Positions 18,425 to 25,928 of a DNA stretch of 49,242 nucleotides are shown here, piece by piece. This DNA comes from a bacterium (GTDB lineage Bacteria > JADJOY01), in NCBI GenBank assembly GCA_046331705.1, contig JAXLQJ010000020.1, positions 62,001 to 111,242 of the forward strand, given 5' to 3'. The notes below the pieces were generated by a model. The model was not told the DNA's origin and made no database searches. It saw only the letters and a list, made by a program, of their open reading frames with translations. Numbering within the stretch: position 1 is the first letter of the stretch; each line of letters opens with the position of its first letter. Made by a program: the position numbers and the translations under genes.

Positions 18425-20170
18425 ATGAGGAAGCCATCGGAGGTCGCGAGACGCCCCGGCGCAGCCGGCTCTTCCGGCGCGAGAGCGGCGGCGGCAACGG
18501 GGCTGTTCGGGCTCGTGCTCGGGCTCGGACTCGGACTCGGACTCGGCTGCAACACCTCGCATCCGGACCAGCCCCCACGTTCGCTCGAACCGGTCGACAG
18601 CAACCTCGCCACGTTCATGCGCGGCGGTGGCTGCTATCCCCAAGGGTTGCGCGGCCAGCTGCCGAGCCCGCTCGACCAGATCGAGCAGATCGTGCTGGTG
18701 AATCCCGAGTGGGCGCCTGTCGAGAATGGTCAGGTGATCGACTCGAAGCCCGTGCTGGTGCACGGCATCGCGCACGTGCCGCACGGAGACACCGGTGGCG
18801 ACTACCCGGCCAATCACGTCTTCAGCGATCACACCGCGCAGCTCGAGCTCGACGAGGCCGACCGGTGGCTGCTCGGCACGGGGAACTTCGACTCGGCCGG
18901 CGAGGCGCGGCTCGAGTACGAGTGCGAATCCGGAAAGTGTCCCGACTGGGCATGGCTCGGCGAAGGCGATCGCGTGGTCGCGCTCGGGCGCTGGATCTTC
19001 GACTGCGGCCACCCCAATGCCGAGCCGGGCCACTGCTCGGGCGCGACCGACGAAGAGTGCATCCTCGACGGCGATTGCGGCGACGGTCAGACCTGCACGG
19101 GGGCCGTCTTCCGCTACTCGACCGAGATCCACCCACCACAAGCCACCGCGGTGATCCGCGCGGGCCGAGGCGGCGTCGTCTCCGACGAGCCCGACGCCGC
19201 TCCGACTGCCGCCACGCGCGTGGACGTGTGGGTGAACGCCGACGCCGGCGCAGCGGGCGACCGTTGCTCGCTCAGCCACGTCGAGCCGCTCGCCGACGTG
19301 ATCGTGAAGCACGACTGCTATCCGCTGAGTCAGCCGGTCGCGCCCATCAACGACTACGACTTCCCGTTCGACGTGCCACTTCCGCCGAAACCCTCGGCGT
19401 CCGCGAAGCCGACTTGGCGCGTGGTGCCACGCGACCTGCGTCACGCGAATGCGATCGCGGCGCGGCTCGAGGTGGTGCCACGCACCGGCGGCGCGGATCC
19501 GCATCTGGCGATGACCGTGCGCATGACCCAACCCGCGGCGACGGGCTTGCCCACGGGATACGCCGCGACGATCTACGCCGGCTGGCAGGAAGCCGGCCCG
19601 GGGGATCTCACCCACGTGCGTGTGACGGTCGAGAAGGTCGCCATCGCCAACGCGCTTCAGCCCGCGACGCCCGTGGTACGCGAGGTGAAGACCTGGCGGC
19701 TTCAGACCGCCGTGAACGGCGAATGGCAATCGCTCCACGACCTCGAGCGAGTCTCCACCGGCGACGTCATCCCGCAGCGGCTCGTGTGGGATCAATACCT
19801 GCACCCGAACGACGCCGTTCACCTGCGCACCGACGGCGTCGCGCGGATCTGCATCGACACGATGTTCGGCAAGGCGCTGGTCACCGATATCCGCGAGATC
19901 GGACCGGCAGGCACCATCGAGTGTCTGCTCACGAATGGTCAGAACCCGAGCCCCGGCGAGATCGACGTGTCCTATCCCGGACCGGACTTCGGCGCCGGGA
20001 CCGGATCGAAGACGTACGACGTGCCGAGCGAAGGGTCGAGCGGCGGTGCCTGCTCGGCGACCACCAACCAGCTCTGCGTCACCGATTCCGACTGCCCCAG
20101 CGGCGAATCGTGCGACGCCGGCGGCAGCGCTTACACCCTCAGCTACACCATAGAGCGCCTCGCGAGCTGA
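18425..20170 (+). CDS. Putative lipoprotein of unknown function with Cys-rich minidomains
   Basis: Signal ending LGLGLGLGLGC, GRWIFDCGH...TEIHP motif, two C-x7-C-x5-C-x5-C units, and strong GC3 coding bias. Confidence 0.8.
   Translation: MRKPSEVARRPGAAGSSGARAAAATGLFGLVLGLGLGLGLGCNTSHPDQPPRSLEPVDSNLATFMRGGGCYPQGLRGQLPSPLDQIEQIVLVNPEWAPVENGQVIDSKPVLVHGIAHVPHGDTGGDYPANHVFSDHTAQLELDEADRWLLGTGNFDSAGEARLEYECESGKCPDWAWLGEGDRVVALGRWIFDCGHPNAEPGHCSGATDEECILDGDCGDGQTCTGAVFRYSTEIHPPQATAVIRAGRGGVVSDEPDAAPTAATRVDVWVNADAGAAGDRCSLSHVEPLADVIVKHDCYPLSQPVAPINDYDFPFDVPLPPKPSASAKPTWRVVPRDLRHANAIAARLEVVPRTGGADPHLAMTVRMTQPAATGLPTGYAATIYAGWQEAGPGDLTHVRVTVEKVAIANALQPATPVVREVKTWRLQTAVNGEWQSLHDLERVSTGDVIPQRLVWDQYLHPNDAVHLRTDGVARICIDTMFGKALVTDIREIGPAGTIECLLTNGQNPSPGEIDVSYPGPDFGAGTGSKTYDVPSEGSSGGACSATTNQLCVTDSDCPSGESCDAGGSAYTLSYTIERLAS
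18518..18547 (+). repeat. (CTCGGN)5 hexamer microsatellite encoding Leu-Gly
   Basis: CTCGGG CTCGGA CTCGGA CTCGGA CTCGGC immediately before the Cys codon. Confidence 0.85.
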
Positions 20171-20752
20171 GCGGCACGGACGACTCGCGCCGAGACCGCG
20201 CAGCGCCACGTGATTCCTGCCCGGCACGCGCCGCGCGCAAAGCGCCGCGTCGTCGAACGCGATTTCATCGCCTCGCTCGGCGTCGCGCGCGCAGTCCGGC
20301 AGCGGCTGCGCGTCGCGAACGAAGCCATCGCGCAGCTCGACCGCGGCCGACGGCATCGCACAATCCTCAACGGGCCGCGAGTCGGCGCTGGGGATCGTGA
20401 TGGGTGCTCATCTCTGGCGCGACGGCGGCGCGTCGATTCGATCCAGTGATACCGCCCTGCTTGACTCGACTCGAGCGCCGGGCGCAGGGTGTATGGGAAA
20501 CCACGGATCGTTCGAGATCGAACATGAATCCCCGGGGTCTAGCGACGTCTTCCGACGCCCCCACTGGCGCCACTCCGTGGCGCAGCCAACCTGCCATACC
20601 CACGCGCGCGAGCGCGATTTCGCGGGATCGATCGCCGTCCGCACGGTTGCGCGCCGTCGCATCGATTCGCTGCTCATAAGGCGATCTCCTAGCCTCGGAT
20701 CCACGAACCTGCGCCCACACTCGACGGCATCGATGCCGATGGGAGATCCGAC

Positions 20753-21499
20753 GTGCCCATCATCCCGTTCGTCGTGCTGACGCTGATCCTGGCCCGAAGC
20801 ATCCACGTTCGCGGATGGGGACGGTCGCTCCAGTTCTTCCTCTGGGCCTACGTGTTCTTTGCCTTCAAGGCCTTCCTGAACATGTATCGCGATCCCGACG
20901 AGCTCCCGTTCGTCGTCAACCTGCACGTGTTGACACGCGGCGGGAAGGACTGGGGGGCGTTTCTACTCGTCAGGCCAGCGATCCGCCTTTGCGCCGCGTA
21001 TGGCGGATTCGCGGCGGCCGAGTGGCTGGCTCGTCGGCTCGGGCGCACCCAACGGCGATACCTGTTCGTCGCCGCGACGGCGGCCATCGGCTACGCGGTC
21101 ATCGGAGTGATCATCGAGATTCTCAACCTGCGGCTGGGGCTCTTGTGGTGGCGATGGAAGGATCGAATCGACCCGAGCCCGCTCTCCTGGTTTCGGCTCT
21201 GGCTCACGTGGGGAATGCCGGCGTTTCTCGTCTGCTTGCTGCCGTTCGTCGCTCGCCCAGAGCGTCGCCGGCCGTGGAGCGCGCCGCTCGTAGCGTTCAT
21301 CGCGTTCGTCGCTGGGCTCAACGTGGCGGCGGTCGCAGGCGATCTCGCGTTTCGTGTCTACCTGTCCGCCTTTCTGGTCGCTGCGTTCGTCCTCCCGTTC
21401 ATCCCCTGGGGACCCGAGCTGGCGCCAATCGCGGACGCCCGCGGAGATCACGAACGCGCGGCCACGGTCCGCGCGCGGAGCCCGAGCCGCGGAGCGTGA
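20753..21499 (+). CDS. Polytopic membrane protein of unknown function
   Basis: About seven hydrophobic segments. GGGAG SD before the GTG. Confidence 0.7.
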   Translation: MPIIPFVVLTLILARSIHVRGWGRSLQFFLWAYVFFAFKAFLNMYRDPDELPFVVNLHVLTRGGKDWGAFLLVRPAIRLCAAYGGFAAAEWLARRLGRTQRRYLFVAATAAIGYAVIGVIIEILNLRLGLLWWRWKDRIDPSPLSWFRLWLTWGMPAFLVCLLPFVARPERRRPWSAPLVAFIAFVAGLNVAAVAGDLAFRVYLSAFLVAAFVLPFIPWGPELAPIADARGDHERAATVRARSPSRGA

Positions 21500-21521
21500 C
21501 CTCTCGATCGCCCCGGATTCA

Positions 21522-21575
21522 GGTGCCACCCACCGTCGAGGCCCGCAGCGCCCGCCGCAGAGTGCCACCCACCGT
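21522..21575 (+). repeat. REP-like motif pair upstream of the RAYT-like gene
   Basis: GTGCCACCCACCGT at 21523-21536 and 21562-21575. GGTGCCACCCACC (21522-21534) is the exact reverse complement of 22948-22960. Confidence 0.7.
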
Positions 21576-21676
21576 TCAGAGGGGTGCCAGCGGGTCCTTC
21601 GGCCTAGGGAACCGCCGCCGCGCCTGGGTTGCTGTGGGCGTGATGCCGCTACCCCGCCGAGTCCGTGCCCGTTCGC

Positions 21677-21717
21677 TGCGCCCCGGCGTTCGCTGTGAAT
21701 GCGAACGCCGGGGCGCA
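21677..21717. repeat. Perfect 17-bp hairpin upstream of the RAYT-like gene
   Basis: TGCGCCCCGGCGTTCGC-TGTGAAT-GCGAACGCCGGGGCGCA, with no U tail. Confidence 0.9.
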
Positions 21718-21777
21718 CCACGCGACCCCGCGCAACCAAAAGGCCGGGAATATCGCTTCTCGCGCGACCCCGCGCAG

Positions 21778-21793
21778 CGGCACGGAAACTGCC
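21778..21793 (+). promoter_or_regulatory. Sigma54-like -24/-12 element before the RAYT-like gene
   Basis: CGGCACGGAAACTGCC (GG-N10-GC), 15 nt before ATG 21809. Confidence 0.5.
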
Positions 21794-21808
21794 TCGCGTT
21801 CACACGTC

Positions 21809-22732
21809 ATGGGCCGACCGATCCGATGGCTCCAGCCGCGCACGCGATGGTTCATCACCTCGCGCGCACTCGAGGCGCGGTGCCTTCTGGTCCCCAGCGT
21901 CGCGATCAACCAACGCGTCGGCTTCTGGCTCGGCCGCGCGTTGAAGCGCTTTCCTGGAATCCGAGCGCACGCGCTCTACGTGGCGTCCAACCATGTGCAC
22001 GCCTGCGTGAGCGATCTCGATGGCTCGCTCTCGGACTTCGTGGGCTACTTCCTCGGGAATCTCGCCAGAGACGTGAACGCGCTGCGCGAGCGAAGCGGCC
22101 CGCTCTTCCATCGAAGGTTCTCCGCGGAGCCGATCCTCGACGACGAGGCCGTCGCGGAACGAATCGCATACCTCGTGAACAACCCGACCGAAGATCGCCT
22201 TGTCGACGATTGGCGCGACTGGCCGGGCGTCCTGCTTTGGACCAAGACACACCAGCCCGAAACACGTCGATTTCGCCGCCTCAATGAGTCGGCGTACGTC
22301 ACAGCGAAAGCCCACGCCGAACACGTGGGCAAGAAGGTCAAGCAAGAGGACTTCTTCGAGGAAGAAGTCGTCACGATCACACCGGTGGACGACGGCGAGG
22401 GACACCTCCTCGACCCGAAGCAGATCCGCTGCGCCGTCGAGCGGCGCGCACAGGCGCTGCGCGACCAGCATCGCGGTAAGCCATGTCTCGGCGTGGCGAG
22501 GATCCTGCGCCAGGACGCGAGGGACGCACCGAAACACTCCGATCGCTCGCCGAGGCCGCTCTGCCATACGACGCGGCGGACGTTGTGGGACGAGTTTCGG
22601 GAAAGTTGGCGAAGCCTCGTTTCGACCTATCGCGAGATCTCCGCACGCTTCCGTCAGGGAGAGCTCCGAATTCGCTTTCCCGCATTCACGTTCCCGCCCT
22701 GGCGGCCTCTGGTCGTCCCCCTGCAGCGCTGA
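21809..22732 (+). CDS. REP-associated tyrosine transposase-like HUH (Y1) nuclease with C-terminal extension
   Basis: MGRPIR...FITSR, HUH motif SNHVH, RSGPLFHRRF, catalytic-type Y in IAYLVNNP, WRDWPG. Tail ends FPAFTFPP. Confidence 0.88.
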   Translation: MGRPIRWLQPRTRWFITSRALEARCLLVPSVAINQRVGFWLGRALKRFPGIRAHALYVASNHVHACVSDLDGSLSDFVGYFLGNLARDVNALRERSGPLFHRRFSAEPILDDEAVAERIAYLVNNPTEDRLVDDWRDWPGVLLWTKTHQPETRRFRRLNESAYVTAKAHAEHVGKKVKQEDFFEEEVVTITPVDDGEGHLLDPKQIRCAVERRAQALRDQHRGKPCLGVARILRQDARDAPKHSDRSPRPLCHTTRRTLWDEFRESWRSLVSTYREISARFRQGELRIRFPAFTFPPWRPLVVPLQR

Positions 22733-22947
22733 CGACGAGCTCGACTACGCATGAGCACGCTCGCAACGTCGTGAACAACCGCGGACGCGGCGATCTTGCG
22801 CGGACACGCGCGGTGCCCGCAATCGTTCCCTGCTTCGCGCGCAGCGCGTCCGAAGTCATCACCGCGGTCGACGCTTACGCGCTCGATCGAGCTCGCGCGG
22901 CGCCCCCGATGCGTCGCATTGACCGAGGCGGGGTCACAGGGAAACAG

Positions 22948-22995
22948 GGTGGGTGGCACCGTCACAGGGGGCACCGTCACAGGGCACCGTCACAG
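22948..22995 (+). repeat. Inverted 13-mer plus three tandem GGCACCGTCACAG units downstream of the RAYT-like gene
   Basis: GGTGGGTGGCACC at 22948-22960. GGCACCGTCACAG at 22955, 22970 and 22983. Confidence 0.8.
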
Positions 22996-23087
22996 CGGGC
23001 CACAGAGGCGCACAGCGAGCCAGCGGCCCACGCGCTCGGGTCCGAAAACGGCTAGCGATGCCACCCCGGCGCGGCATACTGCCGAGC

Positions 23088-24572
23088 ATGCGCACGGCGC
23101 TGCTCGATCCGCTCGTTTGTTACCGCGCCATCCTCGCGAGAGATCGGCGCTTCGACGGTCATTTCTTCGTCGGCGTCTCGACGACCGGCATCTACTGCCG
23201 GCCGATCTGTAGCGCGCGTACGCCGCGCAGGGATCGCTGTGCGTTCTTCCGTACCCCCGCCGAAGCGGAGCGAGCAGGTTTCCGCGCGTGCTTCCGCTGT
23301 CGGCCCGAGCTGGCCCCCGGGCTCGCGCCGCTCGATTCGATCCCACGCCTGGTGGCCGAAGCCGCGCGCCGGATCGACGAAGGCTTCCTCAACGATCGTT
23401 CGGTCGACGCGCTCGCCGCCGAGCTCGGCGTCACGAGCCGCCACCTCCGGCGGGCGATGGAGGCCTTCCTGGGCGTCACGCCCATCGAGCTTGCGCAGAC
23501 ACGCCGCCTCGCGCTCGCGAAACAGCTGCTCCACGACTCCCACGCGAGCCTGACACAGATCGCGCTCGGGAGCGGCTTTCGCAGCGTGCGCCGCTTCAAC
23601 TCGCTCTTCCGCGAGCGCTTCGGGCGCGCGCCGTCGGCGATGCGACGCGATCACGGTGCAACGATCGCATCGCGGGGTCCAGAGCTGGTCCTGCGACTCG
23701 GCTACCGCCCCCCGCTCGACTGGGATGGCCTGCTCGGTTTCCTTCGCGGCCGCGCGGTGCCCGGTGTGGAGCACGTGGCGAACGGGATCTATCGGCGCAC
23801 GGTGGCGGTCGACGACGACGTCGGGACGCTCGCCGTCGCGAACGACCGCGATCGCGCAGCGATCGTGGTGACGGTGTCGCCACGCCTCGCCGGCGCGCTG
23901 ATGCCCATCACCGCACGGCTCAAGTCGCTCTTCGATCTCGATGCCAACCCCCACACGATCGGCCAGGTGCTGAGCCGCGACGCCCGCCTCGCGCCGCTCG
24001 TGAGCCGCCGGCCCGGGCTCCGCGTCCCGGGTGCATTCGACGCCTTCGAAGCCGCGGTGCGCGCGATTCTCGGGCAGCAAGTGACGGTGCGCGCGGCCAC
24101 CACCCTCGCCGGCCGCTTGGTGGCGCGCTTCGGGCGACCGCTCGCCGCCGATGCCGTCACCGAGTCGCGAGCGGAGCTCACGCACCTCTTCCCCGATGCC
24201 TCACGACTCGCCGCCGCGCGCGTCGGCGACATCGCCTCGCTTGGAATCGTCAGCGCCCGCGCGCGCGCCATCGTCGCCCTCGCGGCCGCGGTCGCGGACG
24301 GCAGCCTGCGGCTCGATCGCCACGCCCCCGTGGACCAGACGATGCGGCGCCTGGAAGAGCTACCGGGTGTGGGACCGTGGACAGCCCACTACGTGGCCAT
24401 GCGCGCGCTTCGGCATCCCGACGCCTTCCCCGCAGCCGACATCGCCATCCGCAAAGCCCTCGGCGGCCTTGGCGCGCGCGAAGCCGCGGCGCAGTCCGAG
24501 GCTTGGCGTCCGTGGCGTTCCTACGCGGTTCTCCATCTCTGGGCGTCGCTCGGCGACGATCCGTCTCCGTGA
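23088..24572 (+). CDS. alkA: Ada-AlkA fusion (Ada Zn domain, AraC HTH, AlkA N-terminal, HhH-GPD 3-methyladenine glycosylase)
   Basis: RDRRFDGHFFVGVSTTGIYCRPIC...GFRACFRCRP, SGFRSVRRFN, RAILGQQVTV, LPGVGPWTAHY...DAFPAAD, WRPWRSYA. Confidence 0.95.
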   Translation: MRTALLDPLVCYRAILARDRRFDGHFFVGVSTTGIYCRPICSARTPRRDRCAFFRTPAEAERAGFRACFRCRPELAPGLAPLDSIPRLVAEAARRIDEGFLNDRSVDALAAELGVTSRHLRRAMEAFLGVTPIELAQTRRLALAKQLLHDSHASLTQIALGSGFRSVRRFNSLFRERFGRAPSAMRRDHGATIASRGPELVLRLGYRPPLDWDGLLGFLRGRAVPGVEHVANGIYRRTVAVDDDVGTLAVANDRDRAAIVVTVSPRLAGALMPITARLKSLFDLDANPHTIGQVLSRDARLAPLVSRRPGLRVPGAFDAFEAAVRAILGQQVTVRAATTLAGRLVARFGRPLAADAVTESRAELTHLFPDASRLAAARVGDIASLGIVSARARAIVALAAAVADGSLRLDRHAPVDQTMRRLEELPGVGPWTAHYVAMRALRHPDAFPAADIAIRKALGGLGAREAAAQSEAWRPWRSYAVLHLWASLGDDPSP

Positions 24573-24579
24573 GCGTGAA

Positions 24580-25809
24580 TCAGTCGCCCGCATCCGCAAG
24601 CCGCGGAAGCGCGATGCCGCGCGTCTCCGGCAAGACCCAAACCCAGCTCGCGGTCGCGAGGGCCAATACCAGCGGAACGCTCAAGCCGCCGCTCAACCCG
24701 CGCGCATCCACGGCGTGCTGAACCAGCACGGGTGCCAGCACCTGCACCGCGCGCGCACAGTTGTACGTGGTCCCCATGGCCAGACCGCGAACTTCCGTGG
24801 GAAAGAGCTCGGCCAGAAGCGCGCCGAATCCGGCGGTGCAACCCGAGCCGAGGCCGAGCGTCAGCATGGTGGCCCAGAAGAGCATGGGATTGGCGGATAG
24901 GTATTGCCAACGAAACGCGAGCATGGCGATCGCCGCCGCGGTGACCAGCGAGAACAGCGTGAACGCGGGGCGCCGGCCGACGCGATCCGAGAGCTGTCCG
25001 AACGCGAGCATTCCCGTGAGCTGCCCGAGCTGCGCGGTGAAGACCCACGCGAAGCTCCTACCCACGCCTTGGTTCATCTCCTTCAAGAGAAAGCTGGGCA
25101 GCCACGTGTAGCAGGTCCAGTACGTGCCGAGCTTGAAGACACCGAGCAACCACGCGGCGAGCATGTGGCGTCCGACACCGGCGCCACGCAACCGTCCCCA
25201 GGAGACACGCGCCGCAGCGGGCTCGTTGGGGAGATGGAGCGAACGACGCGCGGCGAGCGCCAGGAGCGCCGTGGCGCTCGAGCCGATCATCACCCAGCGC
25301 CATCCGACGTGCGGCGCGATGAGGAACCCGGCGACGGCCGCCAGCGCCACCCCCACGGGCTCACCCGACTGAAGGAACGCCGAGCCCCGGCCGCGCATGC
25401 GATTGCCGATGGACTCCGCCACCAGCGCGTGGCCAATCGCCCACTCGCCGCCCACGCCGAGCCCGACCAACCCCCGGCCGATCAGAAAGACCGGCAGGCT
25501 CGGCGCCAGACCTGCGACCAGCGAGCCGATCGAATAGAGCCCGATGGTGCTGGCCAGCATCGTGCGCTTGCCGATGCGATCCGCGAGCGCACCCGCCACG
25601 ATCCCACCCAGTCCTGACGTACCGAGCGCCACGCCGAGCATCCACGCCTCGGCGCTGTGGGTCAGCCCCAGGTCGTGGCCGACGTGCTCCTTCAGGAAGC
25701 CGAGCAAGACCAGATCGTAGAAATCGAATGTCCAGCCGAAGAACGCGAAGAGGAAGATCTTGAGCGGAAACGGGCGATCGTCGTCGAAGGCGCTGGTAGC
25801 GGGACGCAT
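24580..25809 (-). CDS. MFS transporter (SHS/aromatic-acid-like)
   Basis: GWTFDFYD, GALADRIGKR (motif A), GLGVGGEW, LSDRVGRR, ELFPTEVRG, about 12 TM segments. Confidence 0.93.
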   Translation of the reverse strand: MRPATSAFDDDRPFPLKIFLFAFFGWTFDFYDLVLLGFLKEHVGHDLGLTHSAEAWMLGVALGTSGLGGIVAGALADRIGKRTMLASTIGLYSIGSLVAGLAPSLPVFLIGRGLVGLGVGGEWAIGHALVAESIGNRMRGRGSAFLQSGEPVGVALAAVAGFLIAPHVGWRWVMIGSSATALLALAARRSLHLPNEPAAARVSWGRLRGAGVGRHMLAAWLLGVFKLGTYWTCYTWLPSFLLKEMNQGVGRSFAWVFTAQLGQLTGMLAFGQLSDRVGRRPAFTLFSLVTAAAIAMLAFRWQYLSANPMLFWATMLTLGLGSGCTAGFGALLAELFPTEVRGLAMGTTYNCARAVQVLAPVLVQHAVDARGLSGGLSVPLVLALATASWVWVLPETRGIALPRLADAGD

Positions 25810-25848
25810 GCGAGCCTCGGGATCTACGCGGTACCGGTGGAGATAGCA

Positions 25849-25880
25849 CGGGGGCGATACCCGTTCGGATATCGCCCCCG
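25849..25880. terminator. GC-rich hairpin downstream of the 25929-28556 gene (possible terminator or stabiliser)
   Basis: CGGGGGCGATA...TATCGCCCCCG stem with no clear U tail. Confidence 0.4.
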
Positions 25881-25928
25881 CGAACCGGTCACCGCGCCGC
25901 CGCGGTCACCGGGCCGACGTCGTGCCCG

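Noticed and set aside
20171-20752. Small ORFs or ncRNA in this intergenic gap
   Set aside because: No recognisable protein motif, SD-start pair or RNA family signature. Left uncalled.
21809-22732. IS200/IS605 element with TnpB/omega RNA
   Set aside because: No tnpB or iscB is adjacent. The motifs and length fit RAYT-like proteins better.
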